IMG/VR virus record: IMGVR_UViG_3300027608_000024
Location: 1-64,000 of that record
Strand: one strand, 5' to 3'
Source of the DNA: a virus
Length of the DNA: 64,000 bases
This document shows positions 8,766 to 18,027 of the stretch, in pieces (position 1 is the first letter of the stretch; every line of letters starts with the position of its first letter). The notes beneath the pieces are model-generated. The model saw nothing but the letters and a program-made list of their open reading frames with translations. It ran no database searches and had not been told where the DNA came from. The translations under genes and the position numbers were made by a program.

Positions 8766-9003
8766 TGAGATTGAGGCAAGAACACGGGCGATTGTAATTA
8801 TATGCCTAGTAAGTGTATTATTAGGAAGTGTTGGAGCTCTGCTCTATTCTTTAATTTTTGTCTACCAACCAGCGGAGCAAGCACCCAATGATGCGGCTTT
8901 TCTTAAAATCCTTGAGCCTCTTATGTTTAGCATTGGCGGCGCCCTCACTGGTCTGGCTGCTGGTCGTGCTATGTCTTCTGGTAAGAAAGAAGATGATGAG
9001 TGA
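8707..9003 (+). CDS. Two-TM membrane protein (holin-like)
   Basis: Two TM helices and a charged C-terminus. Confidence 0.65.
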   Translation: MTQPTRPQRSVPSRKRLSPDEIEARTRAIVIICLVSVLLGSVGALLYSLIFVYQPAEQAPNDAAFLKILEPLMFSIGGALTGLAAGRAMSSGKKEDDE

Positions 9004-9254
9004 TGGAGCCAATCTACATTCCCATTGCCGTGGCCCTCATCGGAGGTCCAGTGATGTGGTTTCTAAGTCGCTTTGACAAACGAAACACAGAACAACACGG
9101 TGCAAACATGGAAATACTTGAAAGAGTAGAAACCAAACTTGACCGCATGGATGGGAAAGTAGATCGGGTAGACGAAAAAGTTGATCGTCTAGACACCCGT
9201 GTAACTCACCTAGAGAAGCCTGTAGCTCGCATTCCACGTAAGAAGAGTGTATAA
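9000..9254 (+). CDS. Membrane-anchored coiled-coil protein (lysis-associated type)
   Basis: N-terminal TM followed by heptad KVDRVDEKVDRL. Confidence 0.65.
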   Translation: MMEPIYIPIAVALIGGPVMWFLSRFDKRNTEQHGANMEILERVETKLDRMDGKVDRVDEKVDRLDTRVTHLEKPVARIPRKKSV

Positions 9255-9276
9255 TTAACTTTAGAGTGCTCCAAGT

Positions 9277-9304
9277 GGGTGGGCTGCCTGAGGGCGGTCC
9301 ACCC
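9277..9304 (+). terminator. GC-rich hairpin (terminator or small-RNA 3' end)
   Basis: GGGTGGGCTGCC-TGAG-GGCGGTCCACCC. Confidence 0.55.
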
Positions 9305-9331
9305 GCGCCATTTATGAGTTAGAATAGTACT

Positions 9332-10072
9332 ATGACGATTAGCGAAGTGAAATACAGCCTCATTAAAGGACTTCCTTGGGAACGACTGCTTATCGTTAAA
9401 GATAATGTCACTCGTCGTATTATTGTCCCATCTGATGCCTGGGGTGTAATCAAAACCAGTGATATTGGCCGTATTGAGCTAACAACGGCCATTACAACTG
9501 AAGGTGGCATTGCAATCTCACTGTCAGAGGAAGAAACTAAGGACCTACCTGAGGGTTTGTTGACATTTGATGTAATTGCCACAGTACGAAGGACACCTTT
9601 AACACCAGATGGTGCTACCACAATGACTACCCCGGTAGCAAAGGGTACAATTAACGTGTCGCCATTAGGAACTGTTACCCCCATTGAGGAGATTGATTAT
9701 ATGGAATTGCGCCTCGGTCAAGGAGAAGACTTCTACCGCACATTTACTTGGCGCGACTCCAATAATGCAATTGTTTCCGTTCAGAACGCCTACATGCAGG
9801 CAAAGAATGCCGCTGGAACTACCGTACTGGATCTTCGCTGGTATGCAACGGTTCCAAGTGAAGCAACAATTGAAGGGCTAACAGCTAACCGTCGTGGTTA
9901 CATCGCCCCTGCTAGTGGTGCAAGTTTGATTGTGCACTTATCTAACACCAACCCAATTGCTGCTGGTGAATACAATTTTGACATTTTTGTGCAAGACAGC
10001 GTTGGTGATTGGAGCAGGCTTACCAAGGGAACATTAGTCATCGAACCTTCCGTATCTGCAAAGCCTGCATAA
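9332..10072 (+). CDS. Virion structural protein (two BppU-like beta domains)
   Basis: Two similar modules ending in FDV...KGTI and FDI...KGTL; heads the fibre cluster. Confidence 0.6.
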   Translation: MTISEVKYSLIKGLPWERLLIVKDNVTRRIIVPSDAWGVIKTSDIGRIELTTAITTEGGIAISLSEEETKDLPEGLLTFDVIATVRRTPLTPDGATTMTTPVAKGTINVSPLGTVTPIEEIDYMELRLGQGEDFYRTFTWRDSNNAIVSVQNAYMQAKNAAGTTVLDLRWYATVPSEATIEGLTANRRGYIAPASGASLIVHLSNTNPIAAGEYNFDIFVQDSVGDWSRLTKGTLVIEPSVSAKPA

Positions 10073-10488
10073 TGGGAATTAGAAATGGTGTTAATAGCGT
10101 AGAAGTTAATTCACAAAAGCCGAGGTCATCGGTAACAATTGGGGTACCACACACGTCAGTAGTTGAGAAGATTGATCAAGGTCCTTCAGGTCCACCTAAT
10201 GTCCTATCAATTGGAACTGTTACCTCCGGTACGGCTGCTGTAAACATTACAGGAACCGCACCTACTCAAGTAATAAACTTCGTATTACCTATTTCAGGTA
10301 GTTATATCCACACACAAAGCGCGTCAGCATCCACTTGGACAATAAATCATAATTTAGGTTTTAATCCCGCAGTATCTGTTGTAGATAGCGGGGAAAATGT
10401 TGTAATTGGTGATGTAACATATATAACAACAAACACACTTTCTGTGTCCTTTACCGCCTCTTTTGGTGGTAAAGCCTATTTGTCGTGA
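10072..10488 (+). CDS. Tail fibre-associated protein
   Basis: YIHTQSASASTWTINHNLG module; TAATG-coupled. Confidence 0.65.
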   Translation: MGIRNGVNSVEVNSQKPRSSVTIGVPHTSVVEKIDQGPSGPPNVLSIGTVTSGTAAVNITGTAPTQVINFVLPISGSYIHTQSASASTWTINHNLGFNPAVSVVDSGENVVIGDVTYITTNTLSVSFTASFGGKAYLS

Positions 10489-10495
10489 GGTTTAA

Positions 10496-11731
10496 ATGTC
10501 CAAGTTTCTAACAAACATCAACTTAAATGGTAACGAACTCCAAAATCCCGTTATCCATAACTTAGGTACTGTCCCTACCGCTAACGCAAAACTTGGTGGT
10601 ATCTACTTTGATACCAACGGTGGGCTTAACAAACTTAAATACCATAACGGTACAACTTGGGTTGAACTATCATCTGGTGGTTCGGGCACTTGGCAACCAG
10701 CAGACGCTGATCTTACGGCTATTGCCGCCCTTACGGGTACCGCAGGTTTCCTTAAGACCAATGGTTCTAGTACCTGGTCAGTTGATACCGCTACCTACTT
10801 AACCTCAAGTACTGGTGTAACCACGGTTAATGGTTCTAGTGGCGCAATTTCCAATGTGGCCCTAACTACAAACACACTTGCTCAGTTTGCCTCAACCACC
10901 TCGTCGCAACTAGCAACACTTATCTCGGACGAGACTGGTTCTGGTGCTCTTGTTTTCGGCACCTCACCAGCCATTACAACCAGTTTGACGACTGGTTCCT
11001 CGTCGTTTGACCTTATCAATACCACCGCAACTACCATTAACTTTGGTGGAGCGGCAACAACCCTTAACATTGGTAATGCCTCAGGTACGGTAACAATCGC
11101 AGGTAACCTTACTGTTGAAGGTACAACCACAACTGTAAATAGCACAACTATTACAGTTGACGATAAGAACCTTGAACTTGGTTCAACAGCATCACCCACA
11201 GACGCTGGAGCAGATGGTGGTGGTATTACCCTCAAGGGAACCACCGATAAGACCTGGAACTGGATTGACGCTACCGATTCATGGACCTCTTCCGAGCACA
11301 TCAACCTTGCATCGGGCAAAGTCCTAAAGATTGCTGATACTGAAGTTCTCTCAGTCTCCCAGTACACGGGTAACTCTTCAACTGCTACTACGGCTACCAA
11401 TGTTACTGGTGGTGCCGCTGGTTCTATTGTTTACCAGACTGGTTCTGGAGCCACTACAACTCTTGCGTTAGGCACCACTGGTTACGCGCTACTAGCAGGT
11501 GCCAGTGCTCCTGTATGGACCAAAACAAGGCATTACGCCACATTATCAACAAGTGCTACTTCTTATACCCTTACACATGGTTTGGCTACTGCTGACCTTA
11601 TTGTGTCTGTATATGAAGTATCTACTGGAGAAGTTGTGTACGCTGATGTCGTGAACACTAGTAGCACCACAACGGTCTCGTTTGCAACTGCTCCGACTGC
11701 CGATCAGTACCGAGTTGTCATTCTTGCTTAA
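10496..11731 (+). CDS. Tail fibre protein
   Basis: Thr/Gly/Ser-rich; DADLTAIAAL, SDETGSGALVF and GNLTVEGTTTTVNST fibre motifs. Confidence 0.8.
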   Translation: MSKFLTNINLNGNELQNPVIHNLGTVPTANAKLGGIYFDTNGGLNKLKYHNGTTWVELSSGGSGTWQPADADLTAIAALTGTAGFLKTNGSSTWSVDTATYLTSSTGVTTVNGSSGAISNVALTTNTLAQFASTTSSQLATLISDETGSGALVFGTSPAITTSLTTGSSSFDLINTTATTINFGGAATTLNIGNASGTVTIAGNLTVEGTTTTVNSTTITVDDKNLELGSTASPTDAGADGGGITLKGTTDKTWNWIDATDSWTSSEHINLASGKVLKIADTEVLSVSQYTGNSSTATTATNVTGGAAGSIVYQTGSGATTTLALGTTGYALLAGASAPVWTKTRHYATLSTSATSYTLTHGLATADLIVSVYEVSTGEVVYADVVNTSSTTTVSFATAPTADQYRVVILA

Positions 11732-11751
11732 TCTGTCGTTAAAGGACAACA

Positions 11752-12597
11752 ATGTCTAACTTTCTAAAGGCCCTTAAGGTTAAGGGAATTGAAATTGATA
11801 CAGCAGGAGCCATTACTGGTGATGTCCTTAAATATGATGGTACAAAGTTTGGGGCCGCATCTGCTGGTGGTGGCTCAGTTGTTGGTGTACTAGACGACCT
11901 TACAGATGTTGTTATTACATCACCAGCAGAGTTCCAAACTCTTGAATATAATGGTACTAACTGGGTTAATACTTATGCTTCAGTAGTTTCATATGTGCGC
12001 AACGTTGAAGCAACCACCATTACGACAGGTACATGCGTTTATTTGTTTGGGGCAACAGGCGATCACGCCACGGTTAAACGAGCAGACAACGGTAGCGATG
12101 CAACGTCAGCCAAAACAGTTGGTCTTGTAGGCGCAAACATTACTGCCAGTAATGAAGGACCCGTTATTACCCGTGGCTATGTTGATGGTATTGATCTTTC
12201 TGTCGGATATACGGCCGGCGATGTTCTTTGGCTTGGTACTGGTGGCAACTTTACAACTACAAAACCTACTGCACCAGACCATTTAGTTTTTATTGGTGTT
12301 GTAGTTCGAGCCACTAACAACGGTATTGTTTATGTTGCTACACAAAACGGTTACGAACTTGATGAGCTTCACAACGTCAGCTTGCCATCGCCCAACTCTG
12401 GAGAGTACCTAAAGTACAACGGCTCACTATGGGTAGCCGACGCAATTGATCTTGGTACTGATACAACCGGAAATTATGTTGCTACTATCACAGCAGGTTC
12501 TGGGCTTGCATCAACAGGCGCTTCATCGGGTGAAGGTATAGCGCACACTATTTCTTTAGACGATAGTGTGATTATTCAAGTGCAAGTTTTTTCTTAG
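11752..12597 (+). CDS. Tail fibre protein
   Basis: LDDLTDV / LEYNGTNW repeats; QNGYELDELHNV. Confidence 0.75.
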   Translation: MSNFLKALKVKGIEIDTAGAITGDVLKYDGTKFGAASAGGGSVVGVLDDLTDVVITSPAEFQTLEYNGTNWVNTYASVVSYVRNVEATTITTGTCVYLFGATGDHATVKRADNGSDATSAKTVGLVGANITASNEGPVITRGYVDGIDLSVGYTAGDVLWLGTGGNFTTTKPTAPDHLVFIGVVVRATNNGIVYVATQNGYELDELHNVSLPSPNSGEYLKYNGSLWVADAIDLGTDTTGNYVATITAGSGLASTGASSGEGIAHTISLDDSVIIQVQVFS

Positions 12598-12607
12598 GAG
12601 ATAAAAA

Positions 12608-12967
12608 ATGTCTACATTCGCTAAAAAGATATTGAGTGGCTCTACCGATGGGAGACCAATTTTGGTGGCTGCGACAGCATCTGCTGGAACCGTTATCCAT
12701 ACAGGTCCAACTGTTGCTACAACCCTTGATGAAGTTTGGCTTTACGCCAGCAACCCCTCCGGCGCACAACGAACATTGACAATTCAATGGGGTGGCACAA
12801 CCAGCCCGAACGACCATTTTGTTCTTTTTCTTCCAGCACAAAGCGGTCTTATCGTCATAGCACCTGGTTTAATCATAAAAGGAAACGCAACCCCTCTAGT
12901 TGTTCGTGCTTTTTGTGACTCTGCTAACCAAGTAAACATCAGTGGATATGTAAACGAGATTGCATAA
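12608..12967 (+). CDS. Virion protein (fibre adaptor)
   Basis: AGGAG RBS; beta-rich; coupled to next gene. Confidence 0.6.
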   Translation: MSTFAKKILSGSTDGRPILVAATASAGTVIHTGPTVATTLDEVWLYASNPSGAQRTLTIQWGGTTSPNDHFVLFLPAQSGLIVIAPGLIIKGNATPLVVRAFCDSANQVNISGYVNEIA

Positions 12968-14700
12968 TGTCAACAAGGTTTTCTGAACGGACTCAACGCA
13001 CAGGTTTTGTTGATGACTTTCTTCCCAATGTTTCAAGTCCATATAGATTTTTAAGAAACACCCAAGGACTGCCTTGGGTTCGCCCACCTGACTGGCTTTC
13101 CACAACTCCCGTAGCCGCTACTGAAGTTTGTTTTTTATATGCGGTGTATGAAGGGGATTCAAACTTTTTTTCATTTACCGTAACCACTTCTTCAGGAAAC
13201 TTCACTGTTGATTGGGGTGATGCGACAAGCAATTCTTACGCATCTGGCACAGTTGTTAGTAAACAATTTTTATGGTCTAGTTACAGTAATGTTACGACAG
13301 GTGGTTTTCGCCAAGCGGTAGTTCGTGTTACGGGAAATATAACTGCTATTGATTTTAACCGCAGACACGCAACTTTGACTTCATCCAATAGTTCATCACA
13401 GATTGTTGAAATAACGGCGCAAGGTTCTAGTATCACTTCCTTTTTAATTGGTAGTGTGGGGACTACCCTAATCACTCATTCTGCACTTCAAAGTTTTTCG
13501 TTTATCGGCACTTGCTCAATAACAAGCATGAATAAAATGTTTAATAATTGCCGTTCTTTGCAGTCTGTATCTTTACCTAATACCAATGCGGTTTTGGACA
13601 TGGCATACATGTTTAACGGCTGTACTTCCTTGCAGTCTGTATCCCTACCTGACACTGGTGCGGTAACAGACATGTCATTTATGTTTAATGAGTGCCGTTC
13701 CTTGCAGTCTGTATCTCTACCTAACACCAGTCAGGTAACAGACATGAGTTACATGTTTGGCAACTGTACTTCTTTGCAGTTTGTATCTCTGCCTAATACC
13801 GATGCAGTTTTGAACATGGCATACATGTTCTACAACTGTACTTCTTTACAGTCTGTATCTCTGCCTAACACTAATGCAGTTTTGAACATGAATGGACTGT
13901 TTAATGAGTGCCGTTCTTTGCAGTCTGTATCTTTGACTGACACTGGTGCGGTAACAGACATGAGTCAAATGTTCCTGAACTGTACTTCCTTGCAGTCTGT
14001 ATCTCTGCCTAATACTGGTGCGGTAACAACCATGTTTGACATGTTTGACGGCTGTACTACATTGCAGTCTGTATCTTTACCTGACACTGGTGCGGTTTTG
14101 GACATGGGATTTATGTTCTTCTTATGTACTTCCTTGCAGTCTGTATCTCTACCTAATACTGGTGCGGTAACAAACATGTCATTGATGTTTTATGTTTGTC
14201 CTTCTTTACAATCTGTATCTCTACCTGACACTGGTGCAGTAACAGACATGTCAGCCATGTTTTATGACTGTACTTCCTTGCAGTCCATATCTCTGCCTAA
14301 TACTGGTGCGGTAACAAACATGTCATCGATGTTTAACACCTGTACTTCCTTGCAGTCCATATCTTTGCCTAATACTGGTGCGGTAACAAGCATGAGTCAG
14401 ATGTTTGGCTCCTGTCTTTCTTTGCAGTCTGTATCTAACCTAAATGGTAATGCAGCAACAGGCAGTAGTGCCTATAGCAGCATGTTTTCAGGTTGTCCTT
14501 CCCTGCAAAGTATCTCTGCAATAAACATGAAATTTACCCACTCAATCGGCAGCCTCAAAATGAGCGCAACAGCATTAAACGCATATTATACAGCACTACC
14601 AACAGTAACATCAAAAACATTGACAGTAACAGGTAACTGGGGAGTCGCAACAGACAACCCGGCTATCGCTACTGCTAAAGGATGGACGGTAACAGGATGA
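12967..14700 (+). CDS. BspA/DUF285-type leucine-rich-repeat protein, probable receptor-binding protein
   Basis: About 13 tandem 24-aa MxxMFxxCxSLQSVSLPxTxAVxx repeats. Confidence 0.8.
   Translation: MSTRFSERTQRTGFVDDFLPNVSSPYRFLRNTQGLPWVRPPDWLSTTPVAATEVCFLYAVYEGDSNFFSFTVTTSSGNFTVDWGDATSNSYASGTVVSKQFLWSSYSNVTTGGFRQAVVRVTGNITAIDFNRRHATLTSSNSSSQIVEITAQGSSITSFLIGSVGTTLITHSALQSFSFIGTCSITSMNKMFNNCRSLQSVSLPNTNAVLDMAYMFNGCTSLQSVSLPDTGAVTDMSFMFNECRSLQSVSLPNTSQVTDMSYMFGNCTSLQFVSLPNTDAVLNMAYMFYNCTSLQSVSLPNTNAVLNMNGLFNECRSLQSVSLTDTGAVTDMSQMFLNCTSLQSVSLPNTGAVTTMFDMFDGCTTLQSVSLPDTGAVLDMGFMFFLCTSLQSVSLPNTGAVTNMSLMFYVCPSLQSVSLPDTGAVTDMSAMFYDCTSLQSISLPNTGAVTNMSSMFNTCTSLQSISLPNTGAVTSMSQMFGSCLSLQSVSNLNGNAATGSSAYSSMFSGCPSLQSISAINMKFTHSIGSLKMSATALNAYYTALPTVTSKTLTVTGNWGVATDNPAIATAKGWTVTG
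13528..14440 (+). repeat. 72-bp tandem coding repeat (12 full units plus a partial 13th)
   Basis: Unit-initial ATG at 13528 and again at 14392 (12 x 72 nt). Confidence 0.9.
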
Positions 14701-14888
14701 GCCCAGGATTCTATAAAGTTGACGGTGACCTAATTTATGGCCCCAATTTCGTGCTTCATGCGGACTATGAATTGCGCAAAGAAACAAAAGATGAACATAC
14801 CTATCCTGTTGATGGTTGGTATTGGTTTGATACAGAAGAAGAAGCACGGGCATACTTTGAGTTGCCAATAGAAGAAGGAACTGAATAA
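14697..14888 (+). CDS. Small fibre chaperone-like protein
   Basis: ATGA overlap; YPVDGWYWFD. Confidence 0.6.
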   Translation: MSPGFYKVDGDLIYGPNFVLHADYELRKETKDEHTYPVDGWYWFDTEEEARAYFELPIEEGTE

Positions 14889-15574
14889 TGGCTCGTAACG
14901 CACTCATTCAACTACGGCGTGATACCGCCGCCAACTGGACCTCAGTTAACCCAACTCTTGCCGCTGGTGAGATGGGATTTGAAACGGATACTGGCAAGTT
15001 AAAGATTGGTACTGGTTCTACTGCCTGGACTTCTTTGCTTTACACTACTGATGCTTCTGACATTACTGGAGCAACCCTTGCGTCTAATGTGGTGTCGTCG
15101 TCTTTAACGAGTGTTGGTACTTTGGGTTCGTTGGCTGTTACGGGTGATATTACTCGTGGCGGTGTTTCGTTACCCCGTGGTGTCATGGCTTTTACTAAAG
15201 CCACAACGTCTGGCTCCATCGGGAATAATGAACAAGTGCAAATAACTGGTTCATCTTTTACCGCTGTCGCAAACCGTTATTACAAAATCACTTATTACGA
15301 GCCGTCAATTGATAGCGCATTTAGCGAAACGGATACTGCTATAGGTAGAATAAGACTCACAAACCTTGCAGGTGCGGTACAACAGACAGCAAAATCGTTT
15401 ATTTGGTATAGTTCAACGCCCGAAGACATGACTTGTGTTGCTGTCACAACTCTCACCGCTGGCACTGTCAACCTCGTTGCTACTTTGGAAGGTACTACTG
15501 GCTTCCCCATCGGTGCAACTCGCAGTGCGACTCAATATGCATTTCTTCTTGTTGAGGACATAGGAGCAGTATAA
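14888..15574 (+). CDS. Tail fibre with Mtd/hyaluronidase N-terminal domain
   Basis: IQLRRDTAANWTSVNPTLAAGEMGFETDTGKLKIG. Confidence 0.8.
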   Translation: MARNALIQLRRDTAANWTSVNPTLAAGEMGFETDTGKLKIGTGSTAWTSLLYTTDASDITGATLASNVVSSSLTSVGTLGSLAVTGDITRGGVSLPRGVMAFTKATTSGSIGNNEQVQITGSSFTAVANRYYKITYYEPSIDSAFSETDTAIGRIRLTNLAGAVQQTAKSFIWYSSTPEDMTCVAVTTLTAGTVNLVATLEGTTGFPIGATRSATQYAFLLVEDIGAV

Positions 15575-15723
15575 TGGCAACTAACTTTCCCACAACACTA
15601 GATAGTTTAACCAACCCATCCTCAGGTCAAACATTAAATTCCCCTAGCCATAGTGGGCAACACCCCCGAAGAATGGCAACCCAATATAGTACAACCTACC
15701 GAAACACCCTAGGAGAAGAATAA
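15574..15723 (+). pseudogene. Truncated fibre gene fused to the end of a downstream gene (deletion scar)
   Basis: MATNFPTTLDSLTNP...SHSGQH N-terminus, then out-of-frame GNTPEEWQP...stop (15656-15712). Confidence 0.6.
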
Positions 15724-15875
15724 TGTCCAATGTACAACTAGATGTCAACAAGATTGTTGAATCCCTCGTAAATCAGATTTCACAGCAGGCCCAGCGTATC
15801 GCTGTCCTAGAGGCTACAATTGATGCTATACAGAAAACCCCTCAGGAGGAATCTCATGTTGTCAACCCAAAATAA
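15723..15875 (+). CDS. Small coiled-coil protein (50 aa)
   Basis: AGGAG RBS; MSNVQLDVNKIVESLVNQISQQAQRIAVLEA. Confidence 0.65.
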   Translation: MSNVQLDVNKIVESLVNQISQQAQRIAVLEATIDAIQKTPQEESHVVNPK

Positions 15876-16044
15876 AGCTTTAATTGCTTCTTATGCACGT
15901 AGCGTACTTGGCGCTGGTGTAGCTACCTATACCGCTACGCAAGACTGGAAACTGACCCTTAATGCTCTTTGGGCCGCGGCTATCCCCGTAGTTATGCGTT
16001 TCCTCAACCCCGGTGACACTTCTTTTGGTAAAGGCGCCAAATGA
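15856..16044 (+). CDS. Holin
   Basis: AGGAGG RBS; two hydrophobic segments; ...RFLNPGDTSFG; directly before the endolysin. Confidence 0.7.
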   Translation: MLSTQNKALIASYARSVLGAGVATYTATQDWKLTLNALWAAAIPVVMRFLNPGDTSFGKGAK

Positions 16045-16853
16045 GCCTTCCCTTTATCAAACTTGTAGTCCCTACCGCCCTTAAGCCATACAAGAATGGG
16101 CAGTTGCCAGCAAACCTTTTAGCCAGGGTTAAGACGGGTGGCCAGATGTACGCACCAGTAGCTGCTGAGTTCAACAAAATGTACGACGCAGCACTTGCTG
16201 CTGGTATCAAGTTAAAGAACGTTGGTGACTACCGCTCATTCCAGGGTCAGTTGACAATGTTTATGGATCGTTATGTAACAACTGATACTGGTACCGGTGT
16301 AACCCGTCAATATGAAGGTAAGACCTGGTGGTTGAAGAAGGGTAAAGCTCCTTCGGCTGCGCCAGATCCAACTGGCCTTAAGGGTTCTAACCACGGTTGG
16401 GGACTTGCCATTGACCTTGGTTATGATCAGGGTGGTAAGACTGCATCATTTGGTGTAAACGTTCCTGCTTTCCAATGGATGTGCGCTAACGCCCCCAAGT
16501 ATGGTTTCTACCTTCAGGGCAATAATCCTGCCTCTAAAGAGTTTGAAGCTTGGCACTGGCAGTACGCCCTTGGTGACGCTTCTCCTGATGGTTCAGTACA
16601 GGCTGCTCCAGCAGCAGCCCCAGCCGCTCCAGCACCTGCTGGCGGTGGCATGAAGTTTGATTACCCAGGAACTCCTATTGCCCTAGGTTCTAAGGGACCA
16701 GGTGCCGCACTTGTCCAGGCAATCATTGGAGCAAAAGCAGATGGCGATTTTGGCCCTAAGTCTGTTGCTTCACTCAAAGCATGGCAGACAGCAAATGGAC
16801 TAACTGCGGATGGTTCTGTTGGTCCTGTAACATGGAAGAAGATGTTCGGCTGA
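16041..16853 (+). CDS. Endolysin: M15 Zn-peptidase plus peptidoglycan-binding domain
   Basis: YRS..Q, SNHGWGLAID, EAWH; C-terminal ADGDFGPKS...WQTANGLTADGSVGPVTW. Confidence 0.9.
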   Translation: MSLPFIKLVVPTALKPYKNGQLPANLLARVKTGGQMYAPVAAEFNKMYDAALAAGIKLKNVGDYRSFQGQLTMFMDRYVTTDTGTGVTRQYEGKTWWLKKGKAPSAAPDPTGLKGSNHGWGLAIDLGYDQGGKTASFGVNVPAFQWMCANAPKYGFYLQGNNPASKEFEAWHWQYALGDASPDGSVQAAPAAAPAAPAPAGGGMKFDYPGTPIALGSKGPGAALVQAIIGAKADGDFGPKSVASLKAWQTANGLTADGSVGPVTWKKMFG

Positions 16854-16866
16854 TAAGGAGCCCTTA

Positions 16867-18012
16867 ATGGCTGTTAGAATTCAATTTAGGCGTGGTACCG
16901 ACACAGAGTGGTCCACGTCAAATCCCATCCTTGCCCTAGGTGAACTGGGGTACGAAAGCACAAACAAGATCATTAAGTTTGGCGATGGTACAACTGCATG
17001 GAATACCCTTCCTGTTGCTGCAGCGGGTGACATTACATCTGTTGTTGCTGGTACTGGTCTTACCGGAGGCGCTACCTCAGGTGTGGCTACCCTTAACTTG
17101 GACACAAGTATCGTTTTAACAGCCGCAAGTATTGAAGCTAAAGGCGACTTGTTGGTTGGTACTGCAGATAATACATATACCAAGGTTGCCCTCCCAGCAA
17201 GTACTTCATCAGATATCACAAATGGTAAGTCACTAGTTGCTGACTCAACCCAGTCTGCTGGTGTTGCCTGGAAACAGGTAGTACCACCAGGCGTAATTCA
17301 ACAGTACGCAGGCACCACTGCCCCTGATGGTTACCTTTTGTGTAATGGTGCTTCATTCTCAAGTGGTGTTTATGGGGCGCTTGCTACTGTTGTAGGTGAC
17401 ACCTACGGCACGCACTCAGGAACTACTTACTATCTCCCAAACTTGCAGACACGAGTTCCAGTAGGAAAAGCTGCTTCTGGCACTTTTGCTACCCTTGGTG
17501 CTACCGGTGGAGCAGAAACTGTATCTTTAAGCGAAGCACAAATGCCCCCGCACACACATGGTATGTCTGCCCACACCCACGGTATGGGTAACCACCGCCA
17601 CTACATTGGCCATGGTCACTACCATAACATTACGGCGTCAGACTCTGGGCATCAACACCCAGCATCTAGCCCTATTATAAACAATAATGATCAACCAGGG
17701 TATTTCTATACACGTCGTGGGACTGCTGGAATAAACTACGACTGGTCGAGTGCAAACCTTGTCCGTTGGGACGCTTATCAGTACCCAGGAACAAGTACCG
17801 CATCAGCTAACGTGTCTATTTCTGGTAATGTAACTGACTCAACCACCAACTCTGGAACTCCAATTGCATCTGGAAGTGCCGCAGCAAACAACAATACTGA
17901 CGCACCAAATGGTACTGGGCTTACAGCAAGTACTGGTGGTACCTCAGGAACAGTAGTTGCACATAACAACTTGCAACCTTATATAGTTCTTAATTACATT
18001 ATTAAAACCTGA
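16867..18012 (+). CDS. Tail fibre with Mtd N-terminal and tail-collar domains
   Basis: IQFRRGT..W; PPGVIQQYAGTTAPDGYLLCNG; HTH repeats; HNNLQPYIVLNYIIK. Confidence 0.85.
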   Translation: MAVRIQFRRGTDTEWSTSNPILALGELGYESTNKIIKFGDGTTAWNTLPVAAAGDITSVVAGTGLTGGATSGVATLNLDTSIVLTAASIEAKGDLLVGTADNTYTKVALPASTSSDITNGKSLVADSTQSAGVAWKQVVPPGVIQQYAGTTAPDGYLLCNGASFSSGVYGALATVVGDTYGTHSGTTYYLPNLQTRVPVGKAASGTFATLGATGGAETVSLSEAQMPPHTHGMSAHTHGMGNHRHYIGHGHYHNITASDSGHQHPASSPIINNNDQPGYFYTRRGTAGINYDWSSANLVRWDAYQYPGTSTASANVSISGNVTDSTTNSGTPIASGSAAANNNTDAPNGTGLTASTGGTSGTVVAHNNLQPYIVLNYIIKT

Positions 18013-18027
18013 TTATAAGGAGTACAA

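Noticed and set aside
13528-14440. 72-bp repeats as a CRISPR array or DGR template/variable repeat
   Set aside because: The repeats are in-frame coding units without unique spacers; variation is not adenine-specific; no reverse transcriptase in the window
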